64,000 nt of DNA from Welwitschia mirabilis. Taxonomy: Eukaryota. The stretch lies in contig JBOZIK010000001.1 of assembly GCA_051453625.1 (NCBI GenBank), positions 12,371,463 to 12,435,462 on the forward strand, in the 5' to 3' direction. Below the pieces are notes generated by a model, which was not told where the DNA came from, made no database searches, and worked only from the letters and a program-made list of their open reading frames with translations. The position numbers and the translations under genes are program-made. Shown here one piece after another: positions 10,010 through 23,080 of the stretch (position 1 is the stretch's first letter; every line of letters starts with the position of its first letter).

Positions 10010-12800
10010 TGTAATTTTTAGTACTTTCCTATGATTTAGATTCTATCATTTCCCTAGTTAATTGGGCCAAATTCTTTCCTACTTGATTTTAGCCAAGAAC
10101 TTTCTTTATTCCTTTATTAGAGTCAGATCATTTACCTCATGGTTTCTAATTTTTGGTTGAGGATCCTCTTTCTTTACATCTATCACTTGATGTAGCTCTA
10201 ATCTACACTGGTTCCTTCCTTTTTCTCTTAGAAGTAGAAGGATCCTTAGGAACAAGAAACTATTCTAGCACTATTTCATTCCTTGTACTATCTTCCAAGT
10301 TTGCTCAATTAGGATAGGATAAACAATGATGTTATTTACCTCCTTCATTTTATTAAAAATATCTACTAAAGTGTCCCTCAATAAATTCATATTATTTATA
10401 ACTCAATATCTGAGTAGATAAGATTGTTGTAGCTTTTAGGATGATATTGAAAATGATTTTACATACATGCTATAAGTGCTAGAAAGGGGTCTACCTCCTA
10501 ATTATATAGATAGGGAGAACGATACATCTGCTCTACATTCTTTTATTACTTTATAAAATTGGGTAGATGTGTTACTTGTAAGGCTATGAGCTTATTCTAT
10601 AAATAATCCAAGAACCTTTTATTTAAATCTACTCTTTAATTTATTCAACTTTTTACTACTAGTTTTAAAATCTCTCTACATATATTCATCAATCCTCTAG
10701 AAGTCTTCTAAATTACATTGTCTAATTGTTCTTAAAGTTTATCTATAAAATGATATAACTTCTAGGAGTAATAGTCTAGACATTGGAACACGGATATTTC
10801 TAGTGTCTAAATATTAATCTTTTCCCTACTATGACCTTTATGGTTCATAATTCATGCAATAACCCCAAGTTTTATTTTTGTAAATTTTTAATTATTAACT
10901 ATGTTGATTCCAAAGATATTAAATCTAATGTTATTTCTTAGATTTGTAAAGGATCTCTCAATAAATTCTTTTATCTATTTTTCTACTTCTGAAACTAATG
11001 TCTAGTGCTTATTTATTTTAAATTCTTTATCTTCTTAAGAAATTATTTAATATGGATAGAAAATTGCCATCCAATTCATGACTATTAGGATTTCATCAAA
11101 ATGATCCCTTATTAAACTTACCAGTTCTTGAACCTCATTCTTAACCTATAATAAAATTGACTCTAATGTGGAGTCTTTAAGAGCAGAAGTAGAAATTAAT
11201 TTTTCTATAGGAATAGTCCCTTTTAATCTACTCTTGAAAACTTGATTCTCTTATAGAATCCATTCAACGGTTCTCTTATTACCATTTAACATTGCTTCAT
11301 AGGAGTTGTTCAGGTTCAAGAACTTTATTCACCTTTGTTTATAATTATGGAAATCGCTTGAGTCTTTATATACTTTTAATTCATTTCTTATATATTCGTG
11401 TATATGTTCTTTAAATGTTCTATGTTTAGATGAATATGTCCTTCATTATGCATAAATGTAATAAATTTGTTTAATGTACAATATACTCAACATCATATTT
11501 CTTGGATGTGGTCATGTTCTACAGTAGAGAGACCAATACATCTTTCTTATTCATTCATAAAGCTTGAGGAGCATTCCTTTCATCTAAAGCTATTTCTAGC
11601 TTTGCTTTTTATTCATATGCCATTTTCAATTTCAAATTGGCCTCCTTATAAGCATATAAAAAGTGAACTCTTTTAGTTTGCTAGTAATATTCTACTAAAA
11701 TTTATTACTTCTTTCTTTTTCTTAATTCAATTCAAATCCCAAAAATTCATTTCCAATTTTTAAACATGAATTCTAATTTTTTAACTTTGATATATCATCC
11801 TTTATCTTGCATCTCATTCTTAAAGAGTTCAAAATACTACAAAGACTATTACTCTTATCCTCTTCCAAGGTCTTGGAAAATGATTATGATTAAGAAGAAT
11901 ATATGCAAAAGAGCTATTATATAGTGAATTATATTGGATCTGATTCTTTCACTCTTATAGCTATTTGAAGTAACCTTATGCCTTGAGGGATAAAAGAAGT
12001 TTCACTAGGCCTTATATGGGAGAATCCCTATAATGAACTCTGTTCTTGCATTAATTTCAAAATACTTAACTCTTTTACTTCAAATAAAGATTACATAGTT
12101 AGCTTTATGCAAGGCCTATTTACTTTAGGATTTATTACCATTTTTTCAAGAGTTCTTATTACTAAGAAAGGGAATCCTATTTTAACAACATCAAAAACTT
12201 TGAATTTTTTCATCTTGATGGTGTACCTTATCAAATCTTGAAAATTTTCTTCACCTATATTAACATTTTCCTACTTTGTTAAGTTTCTAATAGCTTTTGC
12301 TAAATACAAACTAGTTAAACTTATTTCTTTTTATTTATTAAGAATAGGGACTAGGTTACTCACCACAATTCTAGTAATTATAAATAGTTTTGACTCTACA
12401 TTTTTCTCAAACTCTACCTTGCCCTCTTTATTTGAAAGTTTTCATAGAAAAATCATAATTAACTCAGTATCTTCCTTCCCAGTAAAGCTTTTAATGGACC
12501 CTTCCTCTCTTAGAAATTGAAGGATATTTCAGATATCCTCTTGGAAGAAAACCACAATTATACTATTAATCATTGCAATCACTATCTTCTCCTCCTCAAT
12601 GTAATCCATATTTTTATAGAATTTAAAAATAGTACTTGTACTATACTTATCAGTTAGGGCGAGCCACTTCCACCACCCTAATTTAATAATTCTTTGTTTA
12701 AACTTTGACAAATAAGGGTTAACAACTAGTTTCTCAAAACTCACAGAAGAGATTAACTTACATTCATAAATAGATAAGTTTCCTAAAGTTAGATATATTC
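10010..12800 (-). pseudogene. Accessory ORF-B of element C (sense to the element), about 900 codons when intact
   Basis: Track ORF 12529-12744 (KFKQRIIKLGWWKWLAL...FKFYKNM), FPFLVIRTLEKM, FITFMHNEG, PSTSKRKRKEP, NLAQLTREMIESKS. Homologous to 3380-5674(+). Confidence 0.75.
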
Positions 12801-13190
12801 TTGTTTGAATTTAAATTAAAATAAGATAACCTATAACTTTAATTTTTGTGAATTAATTCATGCAAATAAATAATAATACACTTAAGTGATTCATATTTTA
12901 AAGTAAATTGATATTAGAAATACTTATAATAATTCAACATTTTCTTAAAATTCATAAAAGAGATTATCTCATGTTTAGAAATAAATAACTTTCTTAAAGT
13001 TTGATAGATCCTTATTTGAATTTAAATTCAAATAAGATAAACTCTATCTTCAATTTTTATGAATTCATTCATTCAAATGAATAACAATATACTTGAGTGA
13101 ATTCATATTTCAAAGTACATTCATGTTAAAAATGACGTGTAATGATTCAACGTTTTTTGAGTTTTATGAAATATGAAATTATTGTTATTG
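12768..13190. repeat. Diverged tandem duplication of about 210 bp at the 5' end of ORF-B
   Basis: AAATAGATAAGTTTCCTAAAGTTAGATAT... (12768) versus AAATAAATAACTTTCTTAAAGTTTGATAG... (about 12979), collinear for about 190 bp. Confidence 0.8.
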
Positions 13191-15135
13191 TAAGATTTAA
13201 TATTTTAAGCAAACATAGATTTAAAAATGTCAAATACAAATATAAATATTGAAAGATAATAACAACAAAATTTACTTGCTTTTCTCTAATCCTACCTCCT
13301 AGTAGAAGTTTGTATGATTTTAAACACTATGAAAACGTAAAAGGACTAGAAGATAAAGTTTTTACTAGAGAGAATAACTATTTCCCTAGTTACTATGGAA
13401 GATGGTTTTAGAGAGAATTCTAACTTGAAATGAAAATTTTTTACAATCCAAAGTGAAAATAACTTATTGCATTTTACTTCTTAAAAAATATAAACCTTTA
13501 CATGCTAATTAATTTCTACCTTACTTCATAATTAGTTCTTCCATTATCATATGTAGAAGTAATATTTGATGACTGGATTGTCATTGAGATGTCTTTATGA
13601 ACTACTAACCTATAGGAAGAAATGTAGTGGAGTCTAACATGATAGGTTGAAAATATAAATAAGATATCATGATGTATTTAAGGTTGTTTACATGATAAAG
13701 GATGATTGGTTGAAAGTCAAAAGACATATAGTAGTCGAAGCGAGTCTTCAAGATGTGAATTAAGAGGAGATGAAAAGACACATAAATCATATTTAAGTTG
13801 TCAAGCTCATACAATAGTTGGGAGTTTTAGTTAAAGAATTTTCAAATGGGATTTTCAAATTCATATGCTATGTTTGTGTTTAAGATTTGAAGACACTCTT
13901 CAAGAACTCTAGGATTCTTGTAGGGGATCTTCAAAATTTTGAATCACTTATATTATTTATTGTAAGTAATGAGAGGTAAAATAGAAGAAGCAATATTAAA
14001 GATGAAAGTCAAATAAGTCTATAAAAAGTTGAATCCCCATTCAACAAACTTTGTATGCCTTATCAAAGATATTGAATTGAACTAAGTTTTAATTTAAAAA
14101 TGATATTTTTAGTTAATGTAAGTATTTAATCCAACAAATCTAATTTGACTGATAGATTTTAATGAATGCAAAGGACTTTTAAGTTCAACCTAAAATAAGA
14201 AATCTTCAAGGAATCTAAAGGAATTATCTAAATATTATCAACGTCATTTAAGTTTTAGTTGAGAGTTTCAACTTTGTTTTAACAGATTAATCAACTTGAT
14301 TCATGATTAAATTTGATATGTTTAGTTTATTTTAAATAGATTAATAAACTAGTCAACTTGATTTATAACTTTATGTTTAGATAAATTGCAATATTACAAT
14401 TGCACTCACTTAAGTTATAGTTTAAATTTTTAGATTTAAATCAAGGACTTAATTAGTGTAGCAATTTTTTTTTAAAGGACATTTGAGGCAAATAATATGC
14501 AGTACACAATGCTCCATTGTGCTAGGGCTTATGAAAACTTATGATGAGAGATATCAAGTGCAATGTTTCATCAGTTCGTTTGCCTCTTTAGGGATCTAAA
14601 TGTTGGATCTGGGGTCCATAGGTCCCTTGACCTTATCATTAGAACAAACCATTTTGGATAGTATAATAAATTATTATAATATTATTTTATTTTAATTTTA
14701 GGTAATAGTGAACCAAATTTAATAACCTAGAATTTGTCTTTACTTAAAGCTTAAAAAGTTACTCAAATGATCTCATAATTAATCTGATGCTTTAGATTTA
14801 GATTAAGCACTTAATCAATTTAGTGGTAGTTAATTAATGTCCAATCTAAAGAGAAACTATTAAAGCATACCAGGAATCCAATGAATCAAATTTGCTAATA
14901 GGCATTCTACTTAGTTTAATAATTGTTCTTTCATCATGATATTCTAACTTGATTTCTTGACACATGTAAAATCATAAATTCTTAATTAGTAAAACCCATC
15001 AAAGAACTAAAATTAAACCATTACTATATAAAGAATATAACTATTCATCAAAATATTATATTAATCTTTGCTGAAACCTTAAAAAGTTATTCTTCACAAT
15101 CTTTAAAAAAGTTATTTATCTCTCTTCAGGTTATT

Positions 15136-15740
15136 ATGGTATTACACTACACTAACATTTCCATCCCTCCTCCTCCTCCTATTGCAATCTCTAGCATAAA
15201 GAAGATTAGGTAATGCTATTTAAATTTTTATTAACTTAGATCAATATGTGTATAAATTGTGTAGAACTTATCTTCCCATAAATTGCTATTAAGATGGATA
15301 ATGTGATTAAATCCTATTTATATTCAAGTTATAAATTAGTGCTAAGGTTTTGGACATACTACAATTTTTCATCATGAAGGATAAAAAATATATATTTTAA
15401 AATGGAATCATTCCACTCTGCTTTAGGACTATGATCCACAACTTCTACTTGAGGCTAATAATTGAGGAATTATTTTACTTAATTAAGAAGATTAAACTTA
15501 TAGTGTTTTCTTAGTAAAAGATTTGATCAACTTCAAGGAAAAAATCCTGTCTAAGTTTAAATAAAGAGCATATGAAAAAGACCATATGGGCTTCTAAGAG
15601 GTATAATAACTGTTAAAATGATCATCCAATTAAAGTACAAATGATTGTTAAAAATCTGAGTACTACCTTCCTCTTTAAGATCCTTAGAGACTAGGAGGTC
15701 CAATAAGAAGAATAAATTTACTGTATTTTTTATGAGATAT
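15136..15740 (+). pseudogene. Accessory ORF-A of element C (antisense to the element)
   Basis: INMCINCVELIFP; SAKVLDILQFFIMKDKKYIF*NGIIPLCFRTMIHNFYLRL; DQLQGKNP; TIWASKRY...HP; TRRSNKKNKFT. Each block matches the 832-1504(-) translation in the same order. Confidence 0.75.
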
Positions 15741-16569
15741 CTTTCTATTACTTCTTATGCTTTCATATTTAAAAACCCTATGCTTTTAATTTTTGATAGT
15801 GCCTTGATGCTTTGTGTAACAAAATATTTTCTTAATAAAAATTTGATATTTTTGAATTTTATCAAAGAATTTCATTTATATATAGATGATCATATTAATT
15901 TATTTAAAGAAAATTATTTATTGCTAATTTAATATACCACCTTCAAATTCATTTAGAAAACGACAAGAAATCAAGAAGTTTCCCTTGTTGCTTTAATGGA
16001 AAATTAATTGCTATACACTAATTTTAGGTTAATGCTCTTAATCCACATTCCATAATACTTTAAAGTAAAACCTTTTTATCTTTCTTTTACATATACATAT
16101 TATTTTTGTATTATGCCATATTGACTTAGCTGACATTAGTCCATTGTGATTATGTATAGTCTTAGTCACTAGCTATGTCTTAGATGATACCTAGGATGCC
16201 ACTATTTCTTAAACCATTTCTTATTACAAAACTCAACTTTTACTCATAATAAGAAGAGTGAAATCACTATCAGAGGAGTAAGGATCTATAGGATTAAATC
16301 TAGATCATGGCCAAGTAACCTCCTATTGGAGTTCTTACAACTATCATATTGTCCTAATAAAGAACCTTCTTAGGAATATTTGGCTTCATGGACTTACGAT
16401 AGAACATTTTTATTTTGATTTTTTAAATTAAATATCATAATATATACATACATTAATATTGATGTAATGCTATTAAATTTCTTAACAAATGATGAAATGC
16501 ACAACTTCATACTAATGAGTTATTAAGTTGAATTCAATTATTTCCAACTAATCTGAAATTTATCCTTAG

Positions 16570-19500
16570 CAATTTAAAAAATTAACAAATGAAATAAACT
16601 TTAAACGTTTGGTATATTTTATTATGATATATAAAGTGGGAGTATCCTCTCCACTTTATAAGAATTTCCTAAGTATTCTAGTAAAGTCTTAAAGTCATTA
16701 TACATTCTTAACCTTTACTCACAAAGTTGATATGTCACTTTTTCATTAGGGTTAAATATGTTTATGGCTCAGGTTCTTATAATTTTATTTATTTTATAAG
16801 ATTGAAGCTAATTCTATTCATGATTTTATTTTAAATAAAGATTTTTAGAATCATAAAAAATTACTGAGTCTCATATCTTAAAATTGGTTTTTTTAATTTT
16901 ATTATAATGAAATATTTTTGTTTTCCCTTGGATTAACTCTTTTCTTAAGAGAGATTTTATTCTATTTTCATCTAAAATATTTATATATTAAATACATTCT
17001 TCTTCATCTCTATCTAAATTGCAGTTTAATTCCTTAGCTAAAGTTTTTATTTTAAAATGAATTGATACTATTTTACTTTCTTATAAATTAACTCGTATAA
17101 TGTGAATCCAATACTATTTTTTTAGGTTACTCTATAAGTCACACAAATCTTCATTTAGTTTTTTATCCCACTCTATTTTATTTATATTTATAGTTTTTGT
17201 AAATATTTTGTTTAATTATTTGTTTGTTGCTATAGCTTAACCATTGGATTCAGGATGCTAAGTAGTAGATAGTTCATGATGAGCTCCATACTTGAGTAAG
17301 ACTTTACTAAAAATCTTACTTGTAAAATGGATTATTCTCTTACAGATGAAATTCCTTAGTATTTTTCAAATTTGTAAAAAATATTTTTGAGAGAAACATC
17401 AATAATAGTTTGAAAATAATAATAAAAGATAATCGTAGCTTTATCCACTTAGTTAAGTAATCAACATGGACTAGAATATGTATCTTTATATGTGATGAAG
17501 AGTTAATAGATCGAATAAAATCAATATCATACACATTAAAGAATTTAATTAATTAAATTCATTGCTATCATATTTTTAATTTCTAAGTAAACTATCTTTT
17601 CTTTCAACACTTATCACAACTTTGAACATAGGTAAATGAGTCCTTAAATATTATTGGCTAGTAGTACTATATATTAAGAATTTTCATTCTTGATCTTCTT
17701 GTACCATAATTTCCTCTAAATTTTTCATCATGTGCTTATTTAATAATCTGTTTTTGCAAATCTTCTTCCACACACCTTCTAATAATGTGATCTTTACACT
17801 ATCTGAATAAAGTCTTATCATGTCATATTTAATTTTTGACTTCTCTTAATATTTTTAATCTTTTATAGCAATTAATGTAAGATGATAAATTTTTAGAGAC
17901 TATGGAATTAGTTACATCAGCCTACTAGTAATTTATTTAAACTTTCAAAATATGCTCATTGGGAAATTCAGTTTTTACATTTATTTATTCTTATTGATTG
18001 CAAAACTCTAGTCTTAAAAGATGATGATCTACTACATTTTTTGTTTCTTTTCCATCGATAATTTTTAGGTTGAATTCTTGTATTAATAATATCCATCTCA
18101 TAATTATTCAATTTACTTTCTTTTTATTCATTAGAAATATGATAGCACTAGGATCAGTGTATACTCTACCTTCATATCTTATAATAGAGTACCTAAATTT
18201 TTCTAATGCCATTACAATTAATAATAATTCTTTTTTAATTATAATATCATTATGTTAAGCTAAATTTAAATTTTTAATAATATAAGAAATGACATACGGT
18301 CTACTCTCATCATCTTTTTGCATTAAATAGCTTTCATAGCATGATTAGATGCATAAATCATAACGTTTAATGGTTTTGACTAGTTAGGCCCTTGTAAGAT
18401 AAGTTCTTTCATTCCTTAACCTTTTAAGGTTTGAAATAGGATCAGGAATCTTAACCACTTCACTTAATGTTATAAGACAAAATATTATCCACCTTACCTA
18501 CCACTGCAAGCCAAAGAAATCTAGTTGCTTCAACCTTAAATTACTCTTATAAAAGGGCTAAGCCCCTTTATTGTCTTCATTTATTCATGCTTGGTGATAG
18601 CTATACTTTAGAGTAAAGGTGATATTTTTCCATGCCATGCTAAGCTCCCTTTGGAAGTGGATTATTCTTAAGGATAGCCTGATGAATCTCTATCAAATGT
18701 ATTCTTCTATCATGGATGTAAGAGATCTACTTTATTTTAATGAAATTGTAGTTTCGTTTTTAATTTAAGTTATAATTCACATTGTACTTTAAATGCATAA
18801 ACTAAACTATTTATTTGTCAACTATCTATGTTTTTGAGTGAATCCTTTTGCTTATAATTTTGTTTAGTAGTTCATATATGTTTGATGATCTTTATGCATT
18901 AATTTTTTAACTTTTGATACTTACATTTGGACTATAATAGATAAAGTTTCATAAAGATCTCACCACTACTTATGTGATGAATGAGATTATATCACCATTA
19001 TTTACAACTTAGTAACTTGGCATCTTTTAAGATTAATTAAGAAATTTCACTATATTTAGAAAGAAACTTCATTTGTTAGATGATTAATGGTAGTTCTTAA
19101 AGAGTTAGTTTAATTTGTTCCTTTTCCATTTTAAGTTTTTCTTAATACTCCTTCAACTTATAGTTTACATATTTTTTATAAATATTTGTATGTTTACTTA
19201 TATTTTTGGCTATTTCCTTTGTCCCTGAGAAAAGAACAATAACTAGGTCCTCATATAGTTTTATTATAAGCTTGGTTAGGGATATTATACCTATTAAGTT
19301 CATCTAAAAAACTATGATCTTGGTGTCCTAGTATCCTTTATAAGATTTAACTACCAAGGATAAAAGAATCATAAGTAGCAACATTCAATATTCTAAAATT
19401 TATGCAAAATATCAATTTATTTCCCTTTTTGGATACCACAGTAATAGGCTGAGTTACTCTTGATCTAATATAGAATAAATGAATTCTACATCTTAAATTT

Positions 19501-22075
19501 TAGTTATTTTTTGCTTATTTAATTTTTGCATATGTGGGTTAAATATATTTTAGGTTGTCTATTTTATTTAGTTGAAGGATTAAAATAAATCCCATTCTAA
19601 AAAATCCCTAGATCTATCCCTTTAATATTAGTATGGTCTAAAGCAAAGCTTCTTTTCTTTTAACTAATATTCTCTTAAGTTTCTTCTTTAAAGAATGAAT
19701 TAAATTACTATTAATGATTAAGGGTTTATTACAAGCTAATTCTATATATTCTAAGCCCTCTTTAAGTGGAGATTCTTTATTTATTAAGGTTTTAAAGTAT
19801 CTTATTTATATTTTTCATCATTTTTTTATTTAAATACTATATGAGGTTCTTAATCAAAATAGCATTAGCCCTAGCTTCAAAATTAGATATTATTTTCTCT
19901 ATGATAGTAGCATCTAATAATTTGATCTTATTATTAAGTTATTTTAAGCTCATTTTCATTACCCTTTTTATACAATAGATGGTGTCATTAATAGTAATCA
20001 TCTATGATCTTCCTAACATAATTGCATGTGTGTCTTCTTTAGTTTTCATTACTAAAGAGTCAATTAAATAAATGAACCCTTAAAGCTTAATAGATACATC
20101 CTTAAGACTCCTTTAGGTGTAACTGTCAAATCATTTGTTGAATAGACTTTTTCTTGATAAGGTGTTAGTTTTGATTTTTTTAATTTTTCATAAGTTTTGT
20201 AAGCCATCACATTAATACTAGCTCCTAGATCTATTAAAGCTTCTAGCTTTACCTTATTATTTACTTTTATTCTATTATGAGAATTCTTGGAATATTTTAT
20301 TTTTCATGTTATTTATTATAAATAACTTGCATAGAGGTATAAGAAAGTTGATCTTTCTTAATCATTTCTGTTTATTCTTCTTTGATTTTCTTTATATTCT
20401 ATTTCTTAGATTACATGTTCTTCATTTATCTCCACTATGTGTGCACATCCTTTAACATCTTTGTAAGAGTTAATGAGATTATGGTATTCAATAAAGCTTT
20501 GGCTAAATACTCCAAGTTCTTTTTAACTTTAACTTGCTTAATTTATCTAATTATCATTGAAAAGGGTAAAGATTACAATTACTTATCTACTATTTGTTCA
20601 ATTTATATATTAGTTTATTCTTGTATAGACAGGCTACTTGAGTATTTTTTCTTTTAGGAACCCATTCTATTGTCATAGGTTTTCTTGAGATAATATAGCT
20701 TTACTAGTGGCTTCTGTTGTGTAGGGATTTTTCCTTCTTTTTTTTCCTTACTTCTTGTTTATTTCTATTATTTTCTTAATCTTTATCCTCCAATTCCTAT
20801 AGTAATCAAAATGGTATTATCTAATAGAGATTACATATCTTTGCAAAGGTTTTTCTAGTTTCCTTTCCATTTTTTATTTTAGTAAGGTATGATTTCTTTT
20901 TTTCCTGGGGCTGATTTTCTAAATTTAAATCTAATATATTTATATCTAATTACTAAACAAATTCTTAGATCCAAGGATATTCTATTCCCTCATGATCATC
21001 TTCTTTATAATGTTCACAAATAGAACTTTCTTTCCCTTACAAATGTTGTATAGCTAATTAATTGAACTTTCTATCATAATATTAGTCACCTTTTTGGCTA
21101 CCTCTTCGACAAGATTGATATTCTTAGAGATATAAATACTATCTTTTGTTTTAGATATTGAAATCACTTAGTTTTTGCTTTTTTCATTTTCTTATCCCCT
21201 TCATTGTCTTATATTACGAAATTTACTGATTGGTTTACATGTTTCTTGTAGATTCTTAGTCTTAATACTTTCCTTAAATAATAATCCTAACTTCTTTAAT
21301 GTTTGGTTTTGTAGTTCTCTAAGAAAGGTTTTAATACTTTCTTAGGTTGAGATTTTATGACAAGAACCTTTAGTTAGTAATATGTTATATCTATCCATGA
21401 ATTCATCAAATCTTTTATTATCTTTCTACTTAATGTTCAAGATTTATTCCCTTAAGTCTTCAACTACTCTCATGGTATAAAATTTATCTTAGACAATATT
21501 TTTACAAACTTCCAATGAGGTGGCATGATTCAGATTTTTATGATATCATAATTGATATTCCTCCTTAAGAGAAATAGGAAAACATCTTAGTTAATTAGAC
21601 TTTAAGAGTAGATAATTTTATTTTTAAAAGGAATTAAATAAGCTTAAATAAAGTGAAGGCTCTTTAGAATTCTTTCCTTAAAAAGTGGGTATAGAGTTGA
21701 TATTTGTATACCTTACTTTCTTAGGAAATTTTAGAGCATTAAGGTTAATGGAGCTTAAATATTCTAGCTAATGAGTATCATAATTTAAGATCTAGAATCT
21801 CCATCATATTTCTAATAATAACTTGCTGAAAACATATTTTACTATGAGCTTCTTGATTATTATAATTCTTTTATCTTACAATATTCTTCTTGAATAAAAG
21901 GTGCTTGAGAAGAGTAAATAGTCTATGTTCTATCTCACTCATAAGTTAAAAAATTTCTCCTTAATAACCTATTCTAGAGTGATTTCATCAGCTTCTAAGT
22001 CTCCTTCTATCTCTAGTTTAATTTTTCTTCCTATCTAATTCTATAGATCAAATTCTTCGAATATTTAACATACCT
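16570..22075 (-). pseudogene. gag-pol of element C (retrotransposon gag, aspartic protease, partly deleted RT, RNase H, integrase)
   Basis: Gag LRCFPISL (about 21570). Protease ALIDLGASINVM (about 20205-20245). RNase H MALEKFR...VYTDPSAI...RWILLIQEFNL (18050-18215). Integrase DFI...ILVHVDYLTKW (track ORF 17340-17534) and PESNG. Confidence 0.92.
18393..19006 (+). mobile_element. Solo-LTR-like insertion (about 614 bp) between RT and RNase H of element C
   Basis: TGTAA...TTACA inverted termini, TATAAAAG at about 18548, interrupts pol, shares motifs with 47290-47490. TSD not recognisable. Confidence 0.65.
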
Positions 22076-22156
22076 ATTTATATTATCTCTCCATTTCTCT
22101 TGGCTACCTTTTAAATGATAGACTTCTTCATCTTTACTCGTTAGCTTTAAAAGTGT

Positions 22157-22172
22157 CCTCCTTTTGATGTCA
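22157..22172 (-). promoter_or_regulatory. Decayed primer-binding site of element C, probably tRNA-Asn type
   Basis: Minus-strand TGACATCAAAAGGAGG versus the recalled plant tRNA-Asn-type PBS TGGCGCTAGAAGGAGG. All 5 mismatches are transitions. It lies 16 bp from the LTR. Confidence 0.5.
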
Positions 22173-22188
22173 AAATAATAAAAGTTCT

Positions 22189-23080
22189 TGTTTAATAAAA
22201 ATATTCACAAGTATTATATAACTATGCACTAAATTACTAGAAATGTAAAATTGCTAATCTAAAATCTATGTTTAAGATATATTCTGTAAAACTAGTTAAG
22301 ATTGTTAGATCTCCCACTAACTTCATTTGAATTGCATTTCTAAGATGAACTTTTGATAAAGGCTGGCTTGAATAATTTAGATTAAAGATTAATATATTTC
22401 TAATATGTATGTATTAAACATCATTAAAAGGAAATAATAGAACACATTTAAGATCCTATTTCTAAGCATTAATAATTATCCTAACATATGTTCAGTTGCA
22501 TACATAGGAGTAAGAAAAACTAAATATTGCTTTTTCAAGGAATGTTAAAATAGAATAACATAAAGTTTAACTTTTAAGTTATCCATTAATTTCAATGCTA
22601 TAATACAATAATTATATAAGAGATAACTAATGAAAATTAGTTATTCCAGAACTAAATCTAGGAAATATGCCTATGATGCCTTTTCAAGAATGTACTAGAT
22701 CTTTAAGATTACTACCTTGGTGAATTTCTAGTAAAGTACCATTTCTAGTTTCCTTTCCTTCCTAAAATATGCTCTTTTTCTTTAAGCTTTTATCCTTATA
22801 TCCTTTTCCCCTAATTCCTTATTAGTTAGATCCTTTTTTGTATCCTCTAGAATAGTTACATTTGTTAGGTTATTCCTAAATTTAGCTTATCCTTTTTATC
22901 CTTTGTTCTTATGCTAAGTGGAATTTGTATTTACAATGGTTATTAATAATAATGTACATAATGATAACTACTAAAATACTAATATAATATTACTAACTAA
23001 ATAAAATACTAAGTATATTAATGTTAGCATTAAAACTTGTTAACATATAATGAAAATATTTATAGAATTTATGCTTATCA
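22189..23080 (-). repeat. 5' LTR of element C
   Basis: TGATAAGCAT...TAAACA on minus. Partner of 8959-9900. Confidence 0.9.

Larger units (their letters stand above)
8959..23080 (-). mobile_element. Element C: full-length decayed Athila-like Ty3/gypsy retrotransposon (about 14.1 kb) nested in the RT of copia G
   Basis: Paired LTRs 8959-9900 and 22189-23080, PBS-like site, domain order gag-PR-RT-RH-INT, PPT (CATGTGGGAAAC before TGATG). Copia RT continues on both sides. No clean 5-bp TSD. Confidence 0.92.
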
